This document shows positions 1 to 13,984 of a stretch of DNA of 64,000 nt, in pieces. Every line of letters begins with the position of its first letter. Within the stretch, counting starts at the first letter, position 1. The DNA is from Octopus vulgaris (Eukaryota): the NCBI GenBank assembly GCA_951406725.2, contig OX597836.1:5456001-5520000 (forward strand), read 5' to 3'. Below the pieces are notes generated by a model. That model made no database searches and was not told the DNA's origin. It saw only the letters and a list, made by a program, of their open reading frames with translations. A program made the position numbers and the translations under genes.

Positions 1-1986
1 TCGAAAAGTCACATCAGCGTTCCTTCATTGATTTTCATTTTATAATTGATGACTAAATGAGGAAATCTGCAACGCAGCTTCAGAACTTGAAACAAGTATC
101 CCCTGTGGTACTAATCAGTGTAATATATGATTAATTGATAGAAACCTCAGACGAATAATAGCAAGACACCGACCCTATATATACATTTTAATAACCATGG
201 AAGTTTTCTTTTAGAAGCAATTACGTATTTTATGACAGACGCCCATAATCCATAAGAGACTCAAGATTAATGAGTCATGTCTTCCTGCTAAAGTCCACTT
301 TAGATTTAAAAGCTATAAAAATGTATTAAATATTATTTTTTTTAAATTAATTGATATTAATTAAATATTATTAAGCAGAAAATCAATATTTACCGTTCAT
401 TGACCCTGAAAAATTTATTTATAAATATTTGTTTAGTATAATTTTTTTAAAGAAATCTTAGCGCAAAATATCATTATTAGACCTCGAAAATTTGTCCCCG
501 GTGTATGGTGTATTACTGATATATTTCCTCAACCTCAAATTATGACACACAACAGGCAGTCGTCAGCAGGGTTGTTGAACGATTGGCCCCCAGCAATACC
601 CATCCTCTTGCTGGAGTTGGATTTTTGATTCCTCGTTAATATTTTGAGTCGGAGTTTATGTTGGGGAAGCACATACGGTTGAGGTTTCGGTAAGTAAATG
701 GCTAACATCTTTTAAATCTCTTCTTTCGTTTTCTTTAATTCAGATCAATACAACGTGTCAGTTGTCAGGATATTTAACTTTTAATGACACGATTGATTTT
801 GTTACGATATAATTAGTCAAATGTCTGATCTAATATCTGTTGAGGAGGAGGAAGAGGAGGAAGAGGAGAGAAATGAAGATATAACAGTATAGAAGAGGAA
901 GAAGACGAAGAAAGTAAACAACCACCACCATCACCAGCATCACAACAACACCAACATGAACGAGGAAAACAAGTAGAAGACAAATTTGAATGCAACGAGA
1001 GAAAACAGTGTGAAATAATTATTGATATTTGAATTGAGCACATGGGAATATGCCAACGAAATTGAAGTTGGGCAAGAAATAGAAGTGTTGGTCACGACCG
1101 GAAAAAAACAGACATGGGAAAATTCCTTCCACAAACAACCATCAACCATCTTCTCTATATAACTCACCACCTACTTCTCACACATAGTTCGTTTGTCTTC
1201 AAACTTCTATCCGTCGTTTTCCTCCTCTCCCTGATTAATTAACTGTTTCTTGTAAAACACCCGTGTTACAAGAGTTGATGTTGTAGCATTTTTGCCTGAT
1301 TAGTCCTAGGACAGCTTTTATCGACCAGGCATGTGATCAAGTATTTCCAAGTCTTTGATAAACTCATCGACGGCAAACTGAAGTAAAATTGTTCGAAAAG
1401 TTCCAGATATCTTAACAGAGCAGGGTTTAATTTAAGGGTCGATTGGTTGGTATACGTAGTAATCGAGGACATGAAGTTGCGGGTCGTTTCTGCTGCCGTA
1501 CGTAATAACGACTACATTATCGAACGGGCCCTCGCGTTTTGAAGACGGTATGACGACATACAAACTGTTGCCCAAATATGTGCATACGAAGCACAACACC
1601 AAATAAACATCAACAAGACCTACGCCACAAAGAACAAAGGCAACGCAAACAACAAAATTAGGAAAATGACAATACCGACATTGTAAACAGCAAGAAAACA
1701 TCAACCGTGTCAACACGAACCATGCTGTGACGGTATTGACAAAAACAACAAAACAGCAGTAATACAAACAGTAATAAACACCAAAGGCAATAACTGTGAA
1801 AGAGTGGAAAAGAACAGCAATAACAACTACAACAATGCAAGCAGTAAGAAGTCCGGCAAACAATATATGTGAAACGCTAAAATATCTTCTCAGACAAGAA
1901 TAACAAACCGGTCAATTCCAATATGGAATCTAGCCTAGAAATTGAAGAAAATGCAATTATATTGTTGCTGCAGGAATATCACCGAG

Positions 1987-2068
<82 letters not shown>

Positions 2069-2248
2069 AGAGAGAAGAGAGAGAGAGAGATAGATAGATA
2101 GATAGATAGATAGATACATACATAGATAGATACATAGATACATACATACATACATAGATACATAGATAGATAGATAGATATATACATATACATATATACA
2201 TACATATATATACATTTATATACATATATTTATATATATATGTATATA

Positions 2249-2285
<37 letters not shown>

Positions 2286-2530
2286 ATATATTTGTGTATG
2301 TATGTATTTATATATATATATATATATATATGAATTCATGCATACACAAGGACGTACGTACGCACACACAGACACGCACATATATGTTTATTTATTATTT
2401 ACTTATGTATACCTATATTTGTGCATATATTTTTGTATGTATGTATGCATGTGCATATATGTATGTCCGTGGGTGAGTTTGTGTGTGTGCGTGTGGGTTC
2501 TGTGTGTTTTCTTATCTACTGTATGCTAAT
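1987..2530. repeat. Compound microsatellite (TA)n/(GA)n/(AGAT)n/(TACA)n/(GT)n
   Basis: Simple repeats read directly; source of the YI/YLSI/CV ORFs. Confidence 0.95.
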
Positions 2531-2569
2531 TAATTATACAAGAACATATAGGACAGAATTGACGACGCC

Positions 2570-2782
2570 GATGATGATGATGATGATGATGATGACAACG
2601 ACAACGATGATGGTGATGTTAACGATTACGATGATGATAATGGTGACGATTAGGACGATGACATCACTGATCGCCCGGACACTGACAACGAAGACGGCAC
2701 TCTCGGTTGTGACGTTATTCTATAGTGCTGCAGGTAAAGAGATGATGATGATGACAATGATGATGAGGATGATGTTGATTAT

Positions 2783-2822
<40 letters not shown>

Positions 2823-2825
2823 ATG
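2570..2825. repeat. Degenerate (GAT)n/(GAC)n trinucleotide tract
   Basis: GATGATGAT runs; poly-Met ORF is an artefact. Confidence 0.9.
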
Positions 2826-3104
2826 AGAATGAAGAATCAGTAAAACTAATAATGACAATTATAATTATAAAATGTCCGATTATAATTGCTATAATTAGGA
2901 TATTGAAAAAAAGAAAATTATAACAATGTGGGCGCTAATTTTTTGTCGCCACAAAACTGACGAAGAATTTTTTAAATATCGATCTGCAAATTTGATTTGA
3001 TATAGTTGAGAATCTCCATAAAAAAAGCACACTGAACAAAGATATAGACATACAAATCCCAAACGCAGAGATAAATACACATGGGTAGATTTATATGGGG
3101 TTGC

Positions 3105-3725
<621 letters not shown>

Positions 3726-4144
3726 GAAAAACACTTAGTTACATGTACGTAGCGAACAGTTTCAATACCGAAATCAATAAGGAACATGAAGTCTAAAAAC
3801 TTTAAAGAAGAGACTCCTTAACATTCGACGTCTCAAACTCTCTTAGTTTCCATTGCTCTGTCTGATCAGATCAGCTGGATGTAACGTCGTTAATTGAACT
3901 TTCAAACTTCCTTTCAGCTTTTGTTAAATTGATAGCAAAGAAAATCTTTTTAAGTAATTATTACTTTTTCTTGTATGCTTCTATATTTAGGGTCCACTTT
4001 ACATAAGTTTCCATATATATATGTGTGCGAATGTGTGTGTGTGTTTATAATCCGTATTCAATTAATAGAAGAAAAGAAAATGGAGGATTGAAAATTAATG
4101 ATTATTTCTTTAATAAATTGATGATTCCTATGTGTTAATGCATA

Positions 4145-4543
4145 CTCTTTTACTTGTTTCAGTCATTTGACTGTGGCCATGCCGGAGCACCGCCTTCAGT
4201 CGAGCAAATCGACCCCGGGACTTATTCTTTGTAAGACCAGTACTTATTCTATCGGTCTCTTTTGCCGAACCGCTAAGTGACGGGGACGTAAACACACCAG
4301 CATCGGTTGTCAAGCAATGCTAGGGGGACAAACACAGACACGCAAACATATACACAAATACATATATATATATACATATATACGACAGGCTTCTTTCAGT
4401 TTCCATCTATTAAATCCACTCACAAGGCATTGGTCAGCCCGAGGCTATAGCAGAAGACACTTGCCCAAGATGCGACGCAGTGGGACTGAACCCGGAACCT
4501 AAGTGGTTGGTAAGCAAGCTACTTACCACACAGCCACTCCTGC
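4145..4543 (-). mobile_element. tRNA-derived SINE, family A (head + internal CA/TA microsatellite + conserved tail), near full length
   Basis: Minus strand begins GCAGGAGTGGCTGTGTGGTAAG (A-box-like), has GGTTCAGTCCC (B-box-like) and ends ...CAAATGACTGAAACAAGTAAAAGAG; closely similar copies at 31206, 39240 and 49470. Confidence 0.9.
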
Positions 4544-4787
4544 ATGTGTATTCCTCGTTTTCTTGAGAAATTAGGCTCCTCAAAACCAGGAATGAGAAAG
4601 CAAATTCGAAGACTACAGATCACTGGAATTGTAAAAATCTGTAAAACTGTTCAAACGTTTCTCATTTATTTATATATATATTTTCTCAAATTTAGAACCA
4701 ATATTTTCATTGATGCAGCCATCCCTTTAACATGTTAATATATCCTTTAGTTAATATATATATGTGTGTGTATGTGTGTGTGTGTGT

Positions 4788-5556
4788 GGAAACCCAGTTT
4801 CCACAAAAAGTATTGTTCGTTGGGATCTGCAGAAAGCCGGAGGGCTGCAATCAGAAAAAAATTATTTTCAAAAAAAATGTTGCAAAGCGTTTCGAGTGGA
4901 GTAAAGCTCAATAGAATAGGTCCCTAGAGCAGTGGAAGAATGATATTTTCTCGGACGAGTCATCCTTTCCCTTATTTTCGACCACCGCCGAGACAGCCAA
5001 AAAAAGTATGACACAGACTGCTTTCTTCCAACTGTTAAAAATGGAGGAGGATCTTTGATGATCTGGAGAGCTATATATTGGAAATCCGCCGGCCCATTGG
5101 CTTCCCTTAGTGGCAGAATTAATAGTCAAGGCTATTTAAGCATTTTATCCGATCAAATCCATCCAATGGTTGCGGAACATTTTCGGGAGTGAAACGCAGT
5201 CTTTCAGGAGGATAATGCAGCAATTCACACAGCTAAATTTGTTACTGAATGGCACGAGGAACATTCTAGTAAAATTGAATATTTTACCTGGCCACCACAG
5301 TCCCCAGATCTCAATTTATTGTACATTTATGACTCACTTTAGAAAACAAGTAAAGAGTCGATATCCTCCACCAAGAACTGGAGACTGTTTTAGCTGAAGA
5401 ATAAACAAAAATTCATTTGGAAACAATTCAAATTCTGTCCCAGTCTATACCTCGTAGAATTCAAACTGTAATTACTACCAAAGGCGGTCCTACCCCATAT
5501 TAAAATAAATTTCTTTAAAATTTTAAAGTGTTTTCCATTATTTTATCCAACCCCTG
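4788..5556 (+). mobile_element. Decayed Tc1-like DNA transposon (3' part plus right TIR), probable DD36E spacing
   Basis: Manual translation with frameshifts: WKNDIFSDESSF, PTVKNGGGSLMIW, FQEDNAAIHTAKFVTEWHEEHSSKIEYFTWPPQSPDLN, SIPRRIQTVITTKGGPTPY*; ends ...TTATCCAACCCCTG followed by TA. Confidence 0.9.
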
Positions 5557-5575
5557 TATATATATATATATATAC

Positions 5576-5606
<31 letters not shown>

Positions 5607-6242
5607 TGTATGTATGTATGTATGTATGTGCGTGTGTGTGTGTATGTATGTATGTATGTATGTGCGTGTGTGTGTGTATGTATATGTATGTATACATATC
5701 TTCGAACGTGTATCTATAGTAGTATATACAGCGGTACATGTTAATATCTCAATGCTAATGCTAGGAGAGTGCTTCTCCAATAACTGCAGTCAAAGCTAAT
5801 TAAAATAAGCATTATGTTCGACATTTAGATATACGACCTGCGAACAGTCCTACCCGTTTTTCCTTTACCATACATATGGTAGAGATTACGTTGCTGCCAT
5901 TGTTGTATCGTGTATCATATCACCACATATAATATATGTGGTTTTCACGAATGAGGAAAAAGAAATTTCAAGCCGTGGTATTATAATTATTTGGTTTATA
6001 ATGTTTGAATATGTTCGTATAAATCTTAATAATTGGCACATACGCAGTAATAAGTGTGCGGGCGTACAAGTGTGAATGATTATATGTGTGTGTGTGTATG
6101 TGTGTGTTTACGTGTGTCTCGTATTTCAAAGGGAATGGATTTTAGAGAAGATATTCTAGCGTACAAATGTATTGCTATTCCTTCCAGTATTTTCAATATG
6201 TGCTTATATTTTCTCGGACTGAGTATCTCTCTTCGACCGTTA

Positions 6243-6292
<50 letters not shown>

Positions 6293-6295
6293 CTG

Positions 6296-6344
<49 letters not shown>

Positions 6345-6359
6345 ATATATATGTATATA

Positions 6360-6426
<67 letters not shown>

Positions 6427-6428
6427 TC

Positions 6429-6599
6429 ACAATTAGTTGGTTGTCATAATGAAACTCAGAGTTTCGGATACCGGTGATGAAATCTGCTCCGGCATCTCAT
6501 CATTTATTAAGACAAAACGCTATGAAAAACCGTTTTGTCTTAATAACTGAGAAGATGCCGGAGCAAACTTCATATCAGAAGTATCAGACAACTAATTGT
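6429..6599. repeat. Imperfect fold-back inverted repeat (~45 bp inner arms, 11 nt loop, extra 11 bp outer arms)
   Basis: TGCTCCGGCATCTCATCATTTATTAAGACAAAACG ... CGTTTTGTCTTAATAACTGAGAAGATGCCGGAGCA; outer ACAATTAGTTG/CAACTAATTGT. Confidence 0.85.
6441..6515 (-). ncRNA. Type-I hammerhead-ribozyme-like motif (C3 mutated)
   Basis: Minus: TTGTCTTAATAA-ATGATGA-GATGCCGG..CCGGTATC-C-GAAA-CTCTGAG-TT-TCATTATGACAA; helix I 10/12 pairs, helix II 8 bp, near-palindromic helix III. Confidence 0.65.
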
Positions 6600-6848
6600 C
6601 ACATATATTTATAGACAGTTATCTATTTAGTTCCCGATGAGATACATCTGCACCACCAGATGCTCCTGAACCAGTTGTTGAGTGTCCCATCGAGGCTAGA
6701 TATGCCGAAACAATTACTGTGGTTAATAATGAAAAATTCTCATATATTCCATCTTCTATCTTTCATTTACCATATACATAAGGAACAATATGAAAGTGAC
6801 CGTGCTTAACCAGTTAGCTACCAGGTGTAAACCATTAGTTTTAATATC

Positions 6849-6901
<53 letters not shown>

Positions 6902-7169
6902 TGGAATATTAGAAAAAACACCTTTTATCTATTCAAAATGAATAATTAAATTACATAGAAAATTACATATAATAGAAAAGTTAAAATTAAAATAACAATT
7001 AAAAAGTATCCTTGTAAGATTGGATTTTATTCCCTCAAATTATAATTATATATATATATATATATATTATATAGTATGGTATAGTATGTAAACAGCCTAA
7101 TAAATAGAAAGATAAATAGATAGATAGGTAGGTAGGTAGATAGATAGACAAATAGATAGACAGATAGAC

Positions 7170-7208
<39 letters not shown>

Positions 7209-7217
7209 CAGATAGAC

Positions 7218-7273
<56 letters not shown>

Positions 7274-8176
7274 TGATGGGTGGATAGAAGAAGAGATCGA
7301 TAGGTAGATAGATAGAAATGTACAGAGAGAAAGAGAGTGAGAGTGAGAGAGACAGAGAGCAACATATATGTACGTATGTATTTGCGGTGTATGGCTGTAT
7401 TTAGCTATCTACTTGTATATATCTACGCAACGAACCGCTACTTGCAATGTTTTCACCTCTTGTTTCAACTAAAACACCGAAAACGATAAGAAAAAAAAAA
7501 AGAGAAAATACGAAACTGAAAAAAATTTCGTACGTTTTCCGCAACTAATTAAATAAATGAGATATTTAATTGCAAACACAGGGGAAGTGTTTCTAATATT
7601 GTTGGTCAGTTAAAACAGGGGTGTTATTTAATTAGATCTGTTTTATTAATGAGAAAATACTGATGCACACACAAATGCATATATGCAGAAATATACATTA
7701 AGCATATAGTATTGTTCATAAATATAACACTACTAAAAATAATATAGTAATAATGATACAAACACAAGTACAAACACAAAACAGTAGTTAACCAATTCTC
7801 ACACTAATTATTAAACCATTTCCCGTTCTCTTTGTCCTGCATTCATTAATTGCTCCAAGGTTTTGTTTTTTCAACTTAGTGGATGTATAATTCTGGTATC
7901 TGTCATATATTTTTCTACATTCAGCTTTTCCCTAGCGAATGGCACGATCGGAAACCTTGGTTCTTTCACCCCCTTCGGCAAATGCACGTCGCTCGTTTGT
8001 TATCGACATCGGTCCATAATATAAGTTTTGGCAAGGCAAAACTAAGCCAGGCTGTTCAGAGTCCTTTTGATAATATACATAGGTGTGTGCGTGTGTGTAT
8101 GTACATGTATATAGATACACACAAACACACACACATATATATACATACATATTTACAGACACATGTTTATATAAAT

Positions 8177-8214
<38 letters not shown>

Positions 8215-8286
8215 ATATACATACATATTCATATATGCATATATGTATATACATATATATATATATATATGAATATGTATTTATAT

Positions 8287-8341
<55 letters not shown>

Positions 8342-8762
8342 AATAAACACGAATTATAGATATTATATATAGAAATATCTATATATTTGTATGTATATAT
8401 TTGCATATATGAATATATATATATATATGTATATATATATTTGTGTGTGTGTGTGTGTATACACTCATATATATATATATATATATATATAAATATATAT
8501 ATGTGTGTGTGTGTATATATATATGTATGTATTTTGCTATATATTTACGTATGCATACCTCGCCTTATTTCTCATGCTACTATTTGTATATTTATTTTAA
8601 TTTGTGTATGTGTGCGTGTGTAGGTGTGTGTGCCTATGTATAAACTGTTAATACAAACATATGCGTAGGATGGCAGTCTGTGAGGGATTTAATCTCTATG
8701 ACTTACTGCACCATAAATACTTTGACAGTTATAACCTCGTACTATATATAAGCTGCTAGAAT

Positions 8763-8805
8763 GTCACTGGCAGATGTTTTGACGTCATTCCGCCTCTTCA
8801 GTGAC
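8763..8805 (-). ncRNA. Degenerate minimal hammerhead-like motif
   Basis: Minus: GTCA-CTGAAGA-GGCG-GAATGA-CGTC-AAAA-CATCTG-CC-AGTGAC; GAAA and GUC are both mutated and helix I is offset by 2 nt. Confidence 0.4.
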
Positions 8806-9239
8806 CAGTAACAGCTTAATCATTCGAAATTGTGATAGGGACATGTTTTCTTATATAGAAGTAACAAGACAGTATATTTTCTGATGAATGCAGATGGTAG
8901 CGATGTTCAATCTCAACACTACACGAACTTGAAATAGTCGAAAAAGTCGAAATCAATACCAGAATGTCTACATAATTTATGGAACTTTCGTCTATCTACA
9001 TACTGACTTGGAACGCAGCAGTGCAAATTGTATCTTCAGTGAACAACTTATCAAAGACTTTCTGATTTAAAAACACGAAATCTTCCAAAATTAGCTTAGC
9101 GGACTATCAGACAGTAGAGTTTTGATTTAAATTTCTCTTATCAGTGATATATACTAAGTCGTTCGTTTGTAATTAACCATTCGGTTGCTATTCAAAAATC
9201 CGTGAAACAGTTTTATGGGTGTGAGTTCTTTCTTGCCAG

Positions 9240-9540
9240 AAGAAGAAGGAAGGGAAGAGGACGAAGGGGAAGAAGAAGAAGAAGAAGAAGAAGAAGAAGA
9301 AGAAGAAGATGAAGATGAAGATGAAGAGGACGGAGAAGAAGAAGAAGAAGAAGAAGAAGAAGATGAAGAAGAAGATGAAGAAGAAGATGAAGAAGAAGAT
9401 GAAGAAGAAGAAGATGAAGAAGAAGAAGGAGAAGAAGAAGAAATTGAAGAAGAAGATGATGAAGAAGAAGACGAAGAAGAAGATGAAGAAAAAGAAGAAG
9501 ATGACGATGATGATGAACAACTACAACAACAACTGCTACA
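9240..9540 (+). repeat. Compound (GAA/GAT/GAC)n trinucleotide tract
   Basis: Direct reading; open as poly-Glu/Asp in one frame. Confidence 0.9.
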
Positions 9541-10142
9541 GTAAGAATTAATTGATTACAAGCAGAAGAACTAAAAGAAGAAAGAACAAAGATGTAAGAA
9601 AAAGAAGATGAAGATAAAGAAGACGGTTGGGGAGGAAACTGCGAAGTCGTGAGTTGTTAAATGAAAGCCAGTTGCGTCGTGTCACATCTATGATTCAACT
9701 TCTTATGAACCAAACAAATTAAACGCGTATATCGCAAAGAAACCAGCTAATAAATTCAATATTTATTGCAAGAAATAATTACAAATGATTCCACTTAAAT
9801 CTTAGAAAGTAATGTCGGTCGTAAAATATTGCAAATGTTAACTTACCTATCAGAAATGTCTCGACACCTAGATTTTATTCAGCAACTTTTGCTTTATAGT
9901 AGCAATTTCGTCAACTCCGAATTAGCGTTGGAGTTGATAAATGAATAAATGAATAAATAGATTTCTAATTTCTGATTTTTCGAATGAGGTATATTTAAAT
10001 GATTTTGAATTCTTATGAACAATGATGAGACGAACTGGAATCTGGCGCTTACGCTGTGATAATTCCGTTCGTGGAGATGGTCTTAGGCATTTACTCGTTT
10101 GCACAAACATATTCATATACACACACACTCCAAACACACAAT

Positions 10143-10177
<35 letters not shown>

Positions 10178-10604
10178 ATGTGTGTATGTGTGTGTGTTTG
10201 TGTGTGTGTATTAACAAACACACAAAACACACACACACAAGTTTTCAACTTCGGTGAAAGTTTCACTGAAGTGTCGCATTAACTATATATCACCGTTAAT
10301 AGTAACTATTCATTTTATATCATGAATACACACACACACACACACACACGCGCACACACACACACACACACACACACTCATATATATATATATCTGCTTG
10401 AACACCATGGACACATAGGCACACACGAACACACATGTATATACACCAGATAGAGACACATCTTCCAACCAAATGTACCTCTTAAATGTAAAATGATCGA
10501 ACACTCACCCAACAGCGAGAGAGAAACGCACAAACACCGCATACTCACACATCAGGTGAGTATGTATGTCTATATATATATAGAGAGAGAGAGGGGGAGA
10601 GAGA

Positions 10605-11205
10605 GGGGCAGTGGTGAATAAATTATCATCTAAATTAGGGAAAAATGAAAATAACACAGGCATCTTATTTTAACAGATATATTTATCAAATGCACATAAA
10701 AATATCTTGAAATACTAAAGATTAAATTTATTCAATAAAATCACCATTGGCTTCAACAACGGCCTCCAGACAACTTTGGAATCTCCTGCCACTCTTCTGG
10801 ACGGTCTCCTTGTTTAAGTTCGTGAATGCTGCCATAGTCTTTACCTTCAACTCATCTTTGGCGTTACAAGGAGTTTCAATGGTCTCTTGCTCGACTGCAC
10901 CCCACACATAATAATCGATATGTTTGCAGTCTGAGGAGATATGTTGCCAGATGTTAGAAGTGGTGCTGTCGCAGAAATACTCTGGCAACCACGACTGGGT
11001 TCTCCTGGTTTCATGGCATGATACAGATTCCTGTTGCTTTCCAGCAGCTAACCTCTTCGTCCAGGGCAGTACTACCTCCTCCAGACATTTGATGTAAACC
11101 TCCGTGTTGAGTTTGAGTCCGTGTGGAAAGATAGAGGCATGACGTTGCTAGTGATCACTCATAACACCATGAGGTTGATTAGATGTTTGACTTTTATCAG
11201 TCTTC
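10605..11205 (-). mobile_element. Decayed maT/DD37D-type Tc1/mariner transposase (3' half)
   Basis: Minus translation IFPHGLKLNTEVYIKCLEEVVLPW...QQ(E)SVSCHETRRTQSWLPEYFCDSTTSNIWQHISSDCKHIDYYVWG...RFQSCLEAVVEANGDFIE*; 37 residues between second and third catalytic positions. Confidence 0.85.
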
Positions 11206-11389
11206 TTGTCAACAATAGCTGTATTATTATTTAGAAGGAGACCTTTCCTGTGGTATCTTTGGTAGCTGACCATGGCCTGCGTTACTTAAGCATTTCTTGC
11301 AACAAATCACACATGTGTAAATCAATATATATAAACGTAAAGGCATATACACATGCACGCACACACACGTATATGTTATGTTGTTAGAT

Positions 11390-11600
11390 CGCATGGCCTT
11401 GTAGTTAGTGATGCTCTCGCGATCCTGAGATGGTGGTTTCAGTTCCTAGACCGAGTTGTGCTGTGTGTTCTTGTGCACAACTCTTTATTCCATATTACTC
11501 TGTGATCATTCCAACTCGGACGTGTTGCATCCATGGGCACTTGTACAAGCACACCGATTTGATAAAGGGCTCTGCTAATCTACAATACCAAAGTTCGATC
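11390..11600 (+). mobile_element. Highly decayed tRNA/Meta-type SINE
   Basis: ATGGCCTTGTAGTTAG..GGTTTCAGTTCC..TGTGTTCTTGTGCACAACTCTTTATTCCA resembles the heads at 15214 and 45404. Confidence 0.55.
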
Positions 11601-13085
11601 ACTGTAAAGCAATTATTGGTGCCAGATGTTCAACAGGAAGTTGTGGAAACGCTTTTCTCGGATTATTTCTTCCTGCACAAATGGTTTGCTGAAGTTATAC
11701 CATATAATTTGTTCTCTACAAACTATGTTTAACCCTGTACATAAATTGCTACGGAGTTCTTCCTTATATTAATACTTTGAAACATTGCCGCTCTTCTACA
11801 GATGAAGTTGGGTTTCTATAATGGAAATAAATGGAAATAGTGACGCAGTTTGAGAATTGGGAATTGATGAATCCATTATGTGTTTGCGTCAGAAATACGA
11901 GAGAAAGCACTTCTTCGGAAAATGTAAGATTCTTTAGAAAAAAAACAAAATTGCTGTTGCAAGCTAAATTGAAAAGGTTTTACACGATTTGCGAGACGCT
12001 GTTGTGTTTCTTTCTGAATAAGAAGATGAAACTTCGAGCTTTATAACGGAAACAACTAGTGACACTTAATCATCATTTGAAAGCAAGTCCTAAATGGATT
12101 ACACATTTTACAAATCAGCATTTTATCATGCTACGCTGGAGAATAATAGTGAGTAAACTTATGCTTAAAATGAAGGAAAACATTTATTTAATTCCAAAGA
12201 ATCGTCTTTTGTTAGTGATATTCCTGAACTTATTTAATCAAAACGGAGAATGCTGATAAAATTGCAGCGTATTTCGAAATGCTTGCTGACTATTGATTGA
12301 GATGAGAGTAAAGCTGTATGTGTTTGCACAGAAGGGAATTCAGAAAGCAGCGCTGTACAATATTATTTGACAACAACTGCTAAACAGCTGCTACAGGACA
12401 TATTCAAACGTAAGCCTCTAAAGTTTTACAAACGTGTAGCTGCGTGTTGTGTTGAAGGTGACAGACATGCTATAGATTGTTTGAAACGCAGATGGCCACG
12501 CTGGAGCTTTCTCTAGATATCACACAGATGATGGAAAACAGATAACGATTGCATCAGCATGTGTGATTCTGATGTGTTAACAAAACATTTTACAACTAAA
12601 ATATATCTGCGTTAATCCGTTTGAACAAGAAATAAAAGCGTCATTATGGAAATATTTTGTTAATCCCAATCACAAATTTTTAGGGAATTCTTTTTTAAGC
12701 CATTCACGGCAGCTAATTTTGTCATGGGCAAATGTAACGAGAAATTCTTTCTTACAAATATGAATGCTTGGAATATTACAAAGATACTTGGTTGATCGCA
12801 GATAATGTTAGAATGATACAAGAAGAAATTAGCGAAACAGGAAAAAAAAAAGGTAGACAATTGGCGGTAAATGAAATTGATTAAAGAAGCTAATATCAAT
12901 GGATGATGCGATGATATTAAGATAAAAAGGAGATTTTCGAAAAATGCTTTCTTGTTTTATTTCTTTTTTTATGCAATAACCGTCATATTATGCCTTTTAT
13001 ACGCATATAGGACACATTTTTTATGTTTTAAAAAATGATATGAGTAAGATGCAGTCATAAATATGGTAGAAATACCTACACGTGA

Positions 13086-13127
<42 letters not shown>

Positions 13128-13224
13128 ATATGTATGTGTAAATGCATATATGTATGTATGTATATATATATTGTGTGTGTTTGTGTGTGTATCTGTCTAT
13201 CTCTCTATCTCTCTCTGTATACAT

Positions 13225-13257
<33 letters not shown>

Positions 13258-13984
13258 CGAAGACAGATAGATAGATATAGATGTAGATACATTGATTTAT
13301 GTATGTATCTGTGTGCGTGTGTGTCCAATGTGTTTTCATATATATGTATATCGTAAAATCCATCCCTTCATCGTTATGTTGTAACGACAGCACCCATGGC
13401 ATATACCACTGCTACTCTACAGAAATTCACGATCTATGTTACGTTACATGAACATATTACATTAAAATTCAGATCTCGAATTTCTTGGTATATGTTTGAA
13501 GAAGCTTATATTTTCTTCTCGGTTACTTCAACCCGTCTGAGATGCGTGGTTAACGTTCATAAATTGGTTTTAGTTTTAAGGATTTCCCAAGATTCGAAAC
13601 CGGTGTAAAAGACGAGTGCAACAGCTTAGGATCAAATGATTTTTTTTTTATCCTTGATAGAAAATTCCTATACACCTAAATCATAAAAATAAACTCGCTT
13701 CTCAAAGACAGCACCGAAATCATTGATTTTATAACAAAAGCATAAATGGCATCGTATACAAATATTGGATAGGTTGCATGTTTAGAAAATCCTTTTCTCA
13801 GCTCACCACATAGGTATCTAGCTACTTTAAAACAATCATTTCTCTTAGGATGTTATTGATTGAAGCTTTAGTTTGAAGATGTGTGTGCTTTTGATGACAA
13901 ATATATATTCCGTGTCTTTGTAATATCAATAGAGTGCTATACAGTTCGCTGCTGTCTCAAGGCATGTTAGATTCGTTTTAAGAA

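Noticed and set aside
1432-1863. 143-aa hydrophobic, Cys-rich minus-strand ORF
   Set aside because: Starts at TTG; hydrophobicity follows from the CAA-rich opposite strand; no recognisable family
11850-12900. Possible decayed hAT transposase (KAVCVCTEG resembles xVxxCTDG)
   Set aside because: A single weak motif, many stops, no TIR or TSD seen; needs BLASTx or an HMM search
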